A stretch of DNA of 42,204 nucleotides from the IMG/VR virus record IMGVR_UViG_3300036783_000051, positions 1-42,204 of that record; one strand, 5' to 3'. Positions 28,268-36,455 of the stretch are shown here, piece after piece. A program made the translations under genes and the position numbers. Below the pieces are notes generated by a model. It had not been told where the DNA came from and made no database searches. It worked only from the letters and a program-made list of their open reading frames with translations. Position 1 is the stretch's first letter. Each line of letters begins with the position of its first letter. Source of the DNA: a virus (Duplodnaviria; Caudoviricetes).

Positions 28268-28565
28268 CTGGGAACGTCTCCCCTACATGTTGGGCTTGCT
28301 CGATTACTTCGATCGGGTTGTGTGACGTGACCATCCTATCGTGCTGGTACTTGACGCGGAAGTGCGGGCCTTTGCAGACTTGAGCTGGGCAGGCATCGGT
28401 CCAGCACCAGGCCAAGTCAAGCCAGCGTTCTAGCATCTTGGCCATCTGACTGGCATATGAGTATAGCTCATCAGCTTTGCGCTCGATGGTGCGCTGGTCG
28501 CTGTCTAGCGCACGGAACTGCTCGATGAGTTTCTTGGAGTCTGGGCCGAGATTGAGGTCACGCAT
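28242..28565 (-). CDS. Hypothetical protein
   Basis: ORF in a packed operon. Confidence 0.6.
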   Translation of the reverse strand: MRDLNLGPDSKKLIEQFRALDSDQRTIERKADELYSYASQMAKMLERWLDLAWCWTDACPAQVCKGPHFRVKYQHDRMVTSHNPIEVIEQAQHVGETFPDVPYTIVR

Positions 28566-28792
28566 CAGAGTGTGAATGCCCTGGCGCGGCGCTCACGGAC
28601 TTTCCAGCCTTCAAGAAGGAGGATGTCTGCGTGCGGCTTACAGGCCGGGATGGTCTCGGTGCTGCCGTTGAGGCCGGATGTCGCGACGAAACTCGCAGAG
28701 TTCTTGCATTGCGTTTCCTTGGCCGTATCGACCTTGCAACGATCCTTGTTGACGTGATACCATGGAACTAGTTTTGCGATTCTTTTGCTCAT
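28565..28792 (-). CDS. Small Cys/His protein
   Basis: C...C...CKPH putative Zn site; overlapping start and stop codons. Confidence 0.6.
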   Translation of the reverse strand: MSKRIAKLVPWYHVNKDRCKVDTAKETQCKNSASFVATSGLNGSTETIPACKPHADILLLEGWKVRERRARAFTL

Positions 28793-28998
28793 TGTCCGTG
28801 TCCTTCTGATAGTGGCTCGACTGACACCTTGCCGGATTCCGCGAGCTGTGATATGGCAACGATGTCACCGGGCATGACACGTACCATGATCGCTGGGCCG
28901 TCAAACGGCTCAAGCCTGAGGTAGACCTCGCCGGGCCAGCTATGGCTCAGCTCAAGCGACACGCGTCTGTAGAAGTGGATTGGGTCTTTGGACGGCAT
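28789..28998 (-). CDS. Hypothetical protein
   Basis: GGCAGGAG RBS; first gene after the promoter at about 29050. Confidence 0.6.
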   Translation of the reverse strand: MPSKDPIHFYRRVSLELSHSWPGEVYLRLEPFDGPAIMVRVMPGDIVAISQLAESGKVSVEPLSEGHGQ

Positions 28999-29033
28999 TT
29001 TGAACTCCTGCCTTTCTGCAGGCCCTGCCTCGG

Positions 29034-29078
29034 CCCGCCTATTCGATTATACCCTATTTCGTACGAATACGCGAATCG
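29034..29078 (-). promoter_or_regulatory. Promoter with TATAAT -10 and palindromic TTCGTACGAA box
   Basis: Reverse complement reads ...TATTCGTACGAAATAGGGTATAATCGAATAGGCGGG in intergenic DNA. Confidence 0.65.
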
Positions 29079-29090
29079 GGAGGCCCAGAG

Positions 29091-32000
29091 CTAATCCGGG
29101 TCGACTACCCACATGTCTCTAATCGCTATGCTGTTACCGAATCCAGAGTTTTTATAGCCCTCCACGACCACCACATCGTGCATGACTTCGATAGACTCAA
29201 GCCTGGCGCGGAACCTCTCGAAGTTGAAGCGATTGATCCTGATGTAGACCTCTTCAAGCCCCTGGCCGATGCACTGGAGCGTGCAGTACTTTCGCAAGTC
29301 CGGGTACTTCAGCGTCTTTACTATCTCGTCCAGATCGTTGCCGGTACGCGAGTGAATGTTTTCGACTACATCCTGGTAGATGCGAGCCTTGACGATGCCC
29401 GCGTACACGATTAGCTTGCCTTTATTCTTGCTGCCCCAGGGCGGGGCTATGATCGCAGATACCTCGTCGCCATCATGTGTAGGTATCGGCGCGTCTAGTT
29501 CCTTCTTGACGATCGAGGCAGTTACGCGGTCGATAATGTTCGAGGTAACCTTCAACTTGAAGGGGTCCTCATCTGAAGCGAACTGCTTCATGCTCTCGAT
29601 AGTCTTGACGCCGATTCCGTGCACGTTGATCATGTCGTTCCAGCCGCTGAAAGGATGCTCTTCCCTCGCGCGGAGGATGAGAGCCGCCTTCTTGTCAGCG
29701 ATTCCGCGCACCGAGGTCAGGCCAGCGGTCAGGTACGTTCCGCTCTTGTCGGTGAAAGGCTGCCAGGTCGGCCCGCTGGTCCAGTTCGGAGCGCGGACAG
29801 GAATGCCGTGGGCGATAGCATCCTGCATCAGCTTGAATTCGGTTTCCTTGCCGGGCTCGGACTTGGCGAGCGACGAGGCGTAGAACTCAACAGGGTAGTG
29901 TACCTTGAGGTAGGCGCACCACCAGCTGACGACCGAGTAGCTGACCGCGTGAGCGATGTTGAATGCGTAAGTGCCCGAGGTGACTAGCCGCTTCCATACT
30001 TCCTCAGCAGTTTTGGCATCCATACCGTGGAGCCGGTTTGCGCCGTCGATGAAGTTGCGCATGCTGACCTGGAAAGCAGCCTGGCCAATCTTCTTCGCAA
30101 TGATTCTGCGGATTTCATTGAGGTCCGTCCACTCGAAGCCGCCGACTTTCTGGAGGATGCTAAGGATTTGCTCCTGGTATACGATCTGGCCGAAGGTATC
30201 AGCGGTGATTTCGTCAACCACGGGATGGTAACGCTTAGCTCTTTTCTTCCCATGTTTGACTTCACAATAGTCCGCCGTCGTACCCGAAAACAATGGTCCC
30301 GGCCGTGATAGCGCGCTGACAGCAGCCACTTGCCAGAAGTTGTCTGGGCATACATCCCTATTGACAATTCGTGTAGCGCGACCCGCAAACTGAAATATTC
30401 CGATGACGTCATTACGCTGAAAAATGCCCAGCGTGTCTGGATCGTCGTCTGGAATCGCATAGAGGTCCTCCAGCGTCAGCCCGGTTAGCTCTAGGCACCG
30501 GGCGATCATGCCCATAGTGGTCAGGCCAAGGAAGTCCATCTTGAGCATGCCCGCGTACTCAGCATCGTATTTGTCGATGCTCAGTACTCGTCGTCCATCT
30601 CGTTCGTAGGTTGCGCATACATCTGTGAGCGGCGAGTTGGCGACAACCAGTCCGGCCGCATGAACGGACATTCCGCGCACGCCGCCTTCGAGTCTTGTAG
30701 CCAGCCACAGCGCAGGGAAGGCATCGAAGACTGCTTTAGCGTTAGGGAACATCTCGGCCGTATCCGCCAGGGAAGCATCGAACCGTGAATCACCACCAGA
30801 CCGCTCGATGATGAGATTCGAGACGATGTCCTTTGCAGCCTTAGGTACGGAATGCACCCTAGCCACATCAACGAGTGCGTTCTTGCCCCGATAACGGATG
30901 AAATTAGCAATAGTGCCCACACATTCAACACCGTATTTCCCCTCCAGGTATTCACGCACTTCGTGACGACGGTCATCTGCGAAGTCGAGGTCGATGTCGG
31001 GCGGGTCGACTCGCGTCGTGTCAATGAACCGCTCGAAGATCATGCCCGGATAGCGCAACGGATCAATCTCGGTAATCCGTAGCAGCCAACAGACGACGGA
31101 TGCGGCCGCGCTCCCGCGTCCGGGTCCGACCGGGATGGGTACGCCGTTACCGTCTGTTTTGCACCAGCGTACTACGTCCGAGGTGGCCAAGAAGAAGTCG
31201 ATGAAGTCTTTCTCAGTGATATGCTTCATCTCGTACTGGATGCGCTCGTGGAACCAGTCCTGCTCTTTCTGCGGCCGGTTACCGATCCTGCGATACCGCC
31301 AGCCCTCGCGGAGCCACTCCCAGATCAGCTCGTTCGCGTCCCATCCGTCAGGGCAGGGAAACTGAAGCCGCTCAGCTTTCGGCAGCGTAACATTACAACG
31401 CGCCGCTATCTCTGCGGTGTTCAGGACGGCTTGCCATGCCTGCTCGCGCGGAATGCCGGAGTCGATCAGCTTCTTGGCGATAATCTGATCTGTCTCTGGA
31501 AGCGTGAGCAGTACGTCGTAGTTCCAGCTCCGCAGCATCTCATCCGCGGTGGCCATACCGCGGCCTTGCGGTCCGCATGCGTGCAGAATAACCTGCATCT
31601 CGTTGTCGGACGGGAGGACGTAGTGGCAGTCAAGAGTCATTGCGAGCGGGATGCCGGTCACCTTGGACAGGTGCGCGTACGCCCGATTGATCTTGCGAGT
31701 GCTCTCCAGCTCAGGGAATGCCTGGACTTCAAGAAAGAACCGGTCGCCGAATGTACGGGCAAACCTGGTGGCGATGCCCTCGCACTCCTCAAACGCCTTC
31801 CACTTCTGCGCGGTAGTCTCAGGCTCTGGGATGCCTTTGCCGCCGACCATGGTGCAGGCCATGCGGCTACCGGAGCAACCGGACAGTACGATGAGCCCGT
31901 CATTGAACTCGGCTACGTCCGCGCCTGTCATGGTTGGGTGCCACTTGAAGTTCTTCCAGCTCCGCGTCACGGCGAGGTTCAGGTTGCGGTAACCGGTCTG

Positions 32001-32273
32001 GTTCATCGCCAGCATGGTGAGGTGGTACTTGGTCTGCCTGGGGTCCTCGAATGTTGGTGCTGTGTACGCCTCGATGCCGAAGATGGGTATGACGCCACCG
32101 ATCTTCTTGGCTGCTTTCTCGGCGCGGAAGTGTGAACTGGTATTGCCGTGCTCGGTAAACGCGAGGTGCGTGTAGCCTAGCTGGGCGGCGCGCAGGAGAT
32201 GTTGCTCTGGCGTACCGTGCCCGTCGAGGAAGCTGTACGTAGTGTGGTGATGGAGTGATACTGCTTTTGGCAT
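29091..32273 (-). CDS. dnaE: DNA polymerase III alpha-like (family C) polymerase
   Basis: PHP domain (LHHHTTYSFLDG, FTEHG, DCHY); GPGRGSAAAS; catalytic PPDIDLDF; HAAG; KMDFLGL; YQEQIL; YAFNIAHA. Confidence 0.96.
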   Translation of the reverse strand: MPKAVSLHHHTTYSFLDGHGTPEQHLLRAAQLGYTHLAFTEHGNTSSHFRAEKAAKKIGGVIPIFGIEAYTAPTFEDPRQTKYHLTMLAMNQTGYRNLNLAVTRSWKNFKWHPTMTGADVAEFNDGLIVLSGCSGSRMACTMVGGKGIPEPETTAQKWKAFEECEGIATRFARTFGDRFFLEVQAFPELESTRKINRAYAHLSKVTGIPLAMTLDCHYVLPSDNEMQVILHACGPQGRGMATADEMLRSWNYDVLLTLPETDQIIAKKLIDSGIPREQAWQAVLNTAEIAARCNVTLPKAERLQFPCPDGWDANELIWEWLREGWRYRRIGNRPQKEQDWFHERIQYEMKHITEKDFIDFFLATSDVVRWCKTDGNGVPIPVGPGRGSAAASVVCWLLRITEIDPLRYPGMIFERFIDTTRVDPPDIDLDFADDRRHEVREYLEGKYGVECVGTIANFIRYRGKNALVDVARVHSVPKAAKDIVSNLIIERSGGDSRFDASLADTAEMFPNAKAVFDAFPALWLATRLEGGVRGMSVHAAGLVVANSPLTDVCATYERDGRRVLSIDKYDAEYAGMLKMDFLGLTTMGMIARCLELTGLTLEDLYAIPDDDPDTLGIFQRNDVIGIFQFAGRATRIVNRDVCPDNFWQVAAVSALSRPGPLFSGTTADYCEVKHGKKRAKRYHPVVDEITADTFGQIVYQEQILSILQKVGGFEWTDLNEIRRIIAKKIGQAAFQVSMRNFIDGANRLHGMDAKTAEEVWKRLVTSGTYAFNIAHAVSYSVVSWWCAYLKVHYPVEFYASSLAKSEPGKETEFKLMQDAIAHGIPVRAPNWTSGPTWQPFTDKSGTYLTAGLTSVRGIADKKAALILRAREEHPFSGWNDMINVHGIGVKTIESMKQFASDEDPFKLKVTSNIIDRVTASIVKKELDAPIPTHDGDEVSAIIAPPWGSKNKGKLIVYAGIVKARIYQDVVENIHSRTGNDLDEIVKTLKYPDLRKYCTLQCIGQGLEEVYIRINRFNFERFRARLESIEVMHDVVVVEGYKNSGFGNSIAIRDMWVVDPD

Positions 32274-32440
32274 TGTCCCGGCCTGCCTCCGGTCGTCCTA
32301 GGTCGATCCTACCTCGCGAGCGCCCGCTCCGGTAGGGCTATACAACGCTACCGGGGCCGCGTAGGGGGCGCGTAGGGTCGCGCTAGCGTAACGGACTAGG
32401 GTCGGCCCGCCTAGGCCGTTAGAATCCGTTACGGAGCGTT

Positions 32441-32719
32441 TCATAGAGGTATCCTTGTGGGCTCTGCACTGACAGCCCGCATGTTCTCCGTGTTCTCCAT
32501 TGGGATGTCTTCCTTGAGGTACTGGAGCTTGAACTTGCTCATGTCCATGCCGAGAGTCTGGATGATGATGTCGCCGCACGCGCGGCATAGCTCCATCGGT
32601 CTGTACTCATCCTCGCCCACCACCTGATGCTGATTGGTCTGATGAATCTCTTGCATGTTGAGGCGCACGATAGTGTTGACGCATTCGTGATCGCACCTAT
32701 CGCAAAACGTCTTTCTCAT
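32441..32719 (-). CDS. Small C4 zinc-ribbon protein
   Basis: FCDRC...ELCRAC; ATG 32719 with ATGA overlap. Confidence 0.7.
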   Translation of the reverse strand: MRKTFCDRCDHECVNTIVRLNMQEIHQTNQHQVVGEDEYRPMELCRACGDIIIQTLGMDMSKFKLQYLKEDIPMENTENMRAVSAEPTRIPL

Positions 32720-33168
32720 AGCACGTACTTCCAAGTGCGCTCTAGGTCGTACAAGCGCTGATACTTCTCCGGCGTGGTATAGCCGTCGTATCCGTCGCAG
32801 TGAATCTCGACGCCGTTGAGGTGCTCGAACCACGGTAGCTCGGAGATATGGATATGCCAGGTAACCTGACCTGTTGGCAGGTGAATGCAGGCGACGTTGG
32901 CCCATGCTGGACCCCACTCTTCGCCGGGCGTGTCTGTGTGCCTGGTCAGGTGGGACGGGAATATCTTGGTCAGGGCTGCGATCACCTTGTCGCGCTCTGA
33001 GTAGGCTCCATCCCTTTGCTTCATCAGGTCCAGGATGGAGGCGTTGGCCGACTGAAGCTGTACGCCTAGCTCGCGGATAGCCTTCTGCTGCCGGTCGGCA
33101 TCCTCGGTCATCTCACGCAGACGGCTGCCGGGCACCTCGAACATGTCGCCGACTTGATCGCTTGCCAT
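32716..33168 (-). CDS. WDGH-type phage protein with N-terminal coiled coil
   Basis: AYSERD...IHLPTGQVTWHI...YDGYTTPEKYQRL; AGGAG RBS before ATG 33168. Confidence 0.75.
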   Translation of the reverse strand: MASDQVGDMFEVPGSRLREMTEDADRQQKAIRELGVQLQSANASILDLMKQRDGAYSERDKVIAALTKIFPSHLTRHTDTPGEEWGPAWANVACIHLPTGQVTWHIHISELPWFEHLNGVEIHCDGYDGYTTPEKYQRLYDLERTWKYVL

Positions 33169-33169
33169 G

Positions 33170-33358
33170 TCACTCTCCTGAATCGTGCGTAGTCTTGTTT
33201 TCGGCCGTGGCCAGGAATGCATGCCACGCCAACTTGGCTGAGAGCGGCGACTCATCGCCGGTGCCCATGTCCTTGCAGATTTCGTCTGCCTCTTCACGTG
33301 TTAGCAGCATCATTAGCAGAACGGTACCATCTTCGAGACGGTGTAGCTTCCACTTCAT
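33170..33358 (-). CDS. Hypothetical protein
   Basis: ATG 33358; fills the operon gap. Confidence 0.55.
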   Translation of the reverse strand: MKWKLHRLEDGTVLLMMLLTREEADEICKDMGTGDESPLSAKLAWHAFLATAENKTTHDSGE

Positions 33359-33359
33359 G

Positions 33360-33587
33360 TTACAGACCTGTCCACTTGCCGACTGTGAACTCTGGGTGCC
33401 AGAGACTGAGCGGCCAAAGGCCGACAGAGATGACGTACTGCGTGAGTGAGTGTAGCTCCTGGCCCGCGCCAAAGTTGCCGCTGAAGGTTGGGTAGTGCGG
33501 AGAGGCCGTGTTGACACCGATACCGATGACGATGTAGACACCTACGCGAATCCATGTGCTGTAAAACAGGCTCTTGATGAAGTCCAT
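33360..33587 (-). CDS. Small membrane protein
   Basis: Two hydrophobic segments (VYIVIGIGV; ISVGLWPLSLW). Confidence 0.65.
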   Translation of the reverse strand: MDFIKSLFYSTWIRVGVYIVIGIGVNTASPHYPTFSGNFGAGQELHSLTQYVISVGLWPLSLWHPEFTVGKWTGL

Positions 33588-33588
33588 G

Positions 33589-33741
33589 TCACTTCCCGAA
33601 TACGTAGAGGATTGAACGGAGTATCATCCCGGCGCATAGCATGATGATGAAGAGGTAGAGAGCTTGTTTCTTTGTCAGTCCGTGCCGTATGCGTACTACT
33701 GTTGCGGTCATGACATACAGCGCGGCGACGATGAATATCAT
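33589..33741 (-). CDS. Small 2-TM membrane protein
   Basis: AGGAG RBS before ATG 33741; MIFIVAALYV...LYLFIIMLCAGMIL. Confidence 0.6.
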   Translation of the reverse strand: MIFIVAALYVMTATVVRIRHGLTKKQALYLFIIMLCAGMILRSILYVFGK

Positions 33742-33758
33742 TGTGTCTCCTGGGTAGG

Positions 33759-33875
33759 CCGACCGGCTGGCCCCCGCTCGCGCGAGTGCGGGGTCAGTAA
33801 CGGCCCGCGCGGACTGCGAACCAGCGACACGGCAGGATGTGCGCGCTGATACGCTGCTGGGGGACCAGCCGGCCG
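33759..33875 (-). ncRNA. Candidate structured RNA element
   Basis: 17-bp closing stem whose only two deviations are G-U pairs on the - strand; nested internal hairpins. Confidence 0.45.
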
Positions 33876-33878
33876 GGT

Positions 33879-34139
33879 TCATCGGTAGTCGGCCGTCAGC
33901 TTGGCGACGATCCTACCGAACTCTGACATGTCCTTGGCGAAGGATAGGACGATGGACTCCATCGAGTCATCCGCGTCGTAGGACGGAGGCAGCAGGCTGC
34001 CGAGTTCTTCCATGAAGTCCTCGTGCTGCTTCTTTTCTGCCCTCAGCTCCTGGCACTCCTGCCGGAGAGAGTCATTCTCGTCGCGCAGAGCGTTAAGCTC
34101 TATCTCGTGGTTGGGATCGGGCGGCGTGATCTCAGGCAT
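33879..34139 (-). CDS. Hypothetical coiled-coil protein
   Basis: GGAG RBS; heptad pattern. Confidence 0.65.
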   Translation of the reverse strand: MPEITPPDPNHEIELNALRDENDSLRQECQELRAEKKQHEDFMEELGSLLPPSYDADDSMESIVLSFAKDMSEFGRIVAKLTADYR

Positions 34140-34755
34140 CGCGCGCTCCTGCCGGTTCGCCCGCGTCCCCGAACCTGCTGTCGGGGTCTGCGCGGAGCAG
34201 CATCCCCGTGAAGTTGATCAGGTCGAAGCCGCTGTCGTCGTGACGTATTCCCAGTGTCCAGGTGCGGTACCAGAGCCGCTCGAACTTCTTGCGCACGTCC
34301 CAGATGATGCCGAGGATACCCGCCTTGCGCCAGAGCCCGCCGGTCGGCTCGTACCCGCGATCGCACATGATGCGGAGGCACGGCACGAACACTTCGAGTA
34401 GCTGGCCTACCGCGTCGGGCGTCGGCTCCATGTGCATCGCACGCATGAATGCTTCCGCGTTCAGCTGCAGGTCGATATCATCGACAGTGTGCGCTTCCGT
34501 CACGTAGTGCTCGTACAGGTCTGGGTGGCGCCATTCGTCGGGGTCGCCGCGAGCCGCAGAGCGCAGGTTTGCCTTTGCGACATCGATGGTTTGCATGTCG
34601 ATGGTCTTGAACTCGTGATCCTTCCCGGCGTGTTCCTCGAAGCTGACGCCGCACCTAGCGCACACGACCGGGATTTGTCCTTCCGGTCTGTTCATGGCCC
34701 ATTCTGCGGCGTTGGGTTCCTCATTGCCGGGCAGGCCAGCCATCGGCACGCTCAT
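34132..34755 (-). CDS. DUF1599/Nmad1-like all-alpha nucleotide-modification-associated protein (MazG-like fold)
   Basis: RGY...GILGIIWDVRKKFERLW...DDSGFDLINFTGMLL pattern; N-terminal CARC..H motif. Confidence 0.6.
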   Translation of the reverse strand: MSVPMAGLPGNEEPNAAEWAMNRPEGQIPVVCARCGVSFEEHAGKDHEFKTIDMQTIDVAKANLRSAARGDPDEWRHPDLYEHYVTEAHTVDDIDLQLNAEAFMRAMHMEPTPDAVGQLLEVFVPCLRIMCDRGYEPTGGLWRKAGILGIIWDVRKKFERLWYRTWTLGIRHDDSGFDLINFTGMLLRADPDSRFGDAGEPAGARDA

Positions 34756-35507
34756 TGCTTCCTCCAGTAGATGCTGTGACCGTCGATGTTGTGCATCGAG
34801 CTATGGATGTGATGGCGAGCGCGGTACTCCAGCACGGCGTCCACAGCCATCTGGATGTTCCAGTCGTCGATGATGCAGAACCCTCCCGGCTGGAGTAGCG
34901 GGTAGAGCGCATTCAGCGCATCCATGGTCGACACATACAGGTCGCCATCGAGCCGTAGGATCGAGAGCTGGTCGACCGGGCCGGGCAGTGACTGGGCGAA
35001 GAATCCCGGTATGAACTGGACCTGCTTGTCCAGCAGGCCGTAGCGCTTGAAGTTGTCTCGCACGTCCTGCTCGGATACGGCCAGGTGCGCTTGATCGGGT
35101 TGAGAAGCGAGTGACTGGTCATCATCGCGTGTGGGCTCGGGGAATCCTTGGAACGAGTCCGCGACCCAGACGATGCGGTCGCGCACGTCGTACACCTTGA
35201 GGACGCCGCGCATGAAGATGCACGCACCTCCGCGCCAGACTCCCGTCTCGATGAAGTCGCCAGGCACGTTGTCGCTGAGCACCCGCTCGATGAGGCGCTG
35301 CAGGTTGTGAAGCCTCTTGAGCCCAACCATGGTGTGAGCACGGAGTGGCCAGTCACGGCCGTCGTAGCGGCGCTCTTTGTCATAGACGCTGACCGGGCTC
35401 CACGCGGTCGGTATGGACGGGTCCTCGTAGATGAATCCTGTCAGCGTCCGCTTGAGTAGGTTGAGGTAGAGGTGGTGGTCATGCTCCAGTTCGATGAGAT
35501 CGCTCAC
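34752..35507 (-). CDS. TylF/MycF/NovP-family O-methyltransferase
   Basis: YLNLLKRTL, DWPLRAHTMVGLKRL, PGDFIETGVWRGG, VADSFQG, LRLDGDLYVST and IIDDW; GTG 35507 overlaps the thyX stop. Confidence 0.93.
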   Translation of the reverse strand: MSDLIELEHDHHLYLNLLKRTLTGFIYEDPSIPTAWSPVSVYDKERRYDGRDWPLRAHTMVGLKRLHNLQRLIERVLSDNVPGDFIETGVWRGGACIFMRGVLKVYDVRDRIVWVADSFQGFPEPTRDDDQSLASQPDQAHLAVSEQDVRDNFKRYGLLDKQVQFIPGFFAQSLPGPVDQLSILRLDGDLYVSTMDALNALYPLLQPGGFCIIDDWNIQMAVDAVLEYRARHHIHSSMHNIDGHSIYWRKQ

Positions 35508-36433
35508 TTGTCGAACCCGCTCTTCTGCTGGCGGTAGACCCTCTTGCTTTCGAGAGCCCACGGCAGGTCGCATGTTTCCTCGACGCGCTCTGGGCCCTGG
35601 AACGTGCACATGTGCCGAGTCTCGCAGCTGATCTTGATGAACGGCTCCAGGTACGGGTGGTTCTCGATCAGGATACGCCCCATCTCGCGCGTGATCCAGA
35701 CCAGTTCTTCCTGGAACATGACGCAGGCGCGGTAGGCGTACATCTCCAGGAACGTACGCAGACTGTATTCGCAGTAGATGAAGGTAGTCGTGCCCTCCGG
35801 CAGGATGTAGCGAGCGTCCTTGTACTGAACGTCGGCGTCGATCGCCATGTTGTAGACCTTGTGGCACTCGATAACGCAGGCAATCCACTCGGCGCGGAGT
35901 GAAGGATTGACCCATACGCTTTCCGGCATCCTGAACTCGGGCATGTCGCCCTGCCAGGTGTCCTGCTGCGACTGTTGCTTGAATGCTGCCGCGCGGGTAC
36001 GGACGATCATGTGAGTGACGGCGCGAGAGACTCCGCGCACCCCGAATGAGAACCTGATGTCCTCAAGGCTTTGGTGCGCGAGCCCGCCCTCCAGGAACTC
36101 GTCTGGGTTCTTCTGCTCCATCAGCTCGGGCGGCGCTCCAGAGCCGGCCGACTGTGCCCAGCGTGAGATGAGTTCGACATCCTCGTCGTGGATACGCTGG
36201 ATGTACGCGACCTCGATGAGGTCGGTGCCGACCTGGATCATGCCGGTGTTGCTGGGTGATTCCGTACGCCTCATGTCCTGGGTTAGCCGACGGCTGTTGC
36301 GGTTGACCGTCCCGTGCCAGGTCTTGTCGATGACGCTCCTGGATGTTTGCCTGTTGTTATTTCCTGGAACCACGTCTGGGCCGAAGGTGGCTGCCTTGCG
36401 GTTAGATGCGTAGTCTACTGACTGAGTATCCAT
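35504..36433 (-). CDS. thyX: Divergent ThyX (flavin-dependent thymidylate synthase) homologue
   Basis: FSFGVRGVSRAVTHMIVRTR...QQSQ, DARYILPEG, SLR...R and C-terminal C...C...E motifs; ATG 36433. Catalytic signature deviates from canonical. Confidence 0.82.
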   Translation of the reverse strand: MDTQSVDYASNRKAATFGPDVVPGNNNRQTSRSVIDKTWHGTVNRNSRRLTQDMRRTESPSNTGMIQVGTDLIEVAYIQRIHDEDVELISRWAQSAGSGAPPELMEQKNPDEFLEGGLAHQSLEDIRFSFGVRGVSRAVTHMIVRTRAAAFKQQSQQDTWQGDMPEFRMPESVWVNPSLRAEWIACVIECHKVYNMAIDADVQYKDARYILPEGTTTFIYCEYSLRTFLEMYAYRACVMFQEELVWITREMGRILIENHPYLEPFIKISCETRHMCTFQGPERVEETCDLPWALESKRVYRQQKSGFDK

Positions 36434-36455
36434 TTCCGTGTCCTGCCTTTGATTG

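Noticed and set aside
31221-32135. 304-aa + strand ORF (and similar antisense ORFs across dnaE, capsid and tape measure)
   Set aside because: Expected stop-free antisense frames in GC3-biased genes; the opposite strand has clear conserved motifs.
33805-33825. tRNA-like T-loop (GGTTCG on the - strand)
   Set aside because: No cloverleaf, anticodon arm or acceptor end can be built; kept only as part of the unassigned structured element.
35508-35915. Long N-terminal extension of TylF in the ORF track (387 aa)
   Set aside because: Overlaps thyX out of frame. The GTG at 35507 gives a typical size of about 250 aa with a GTGA overlap.
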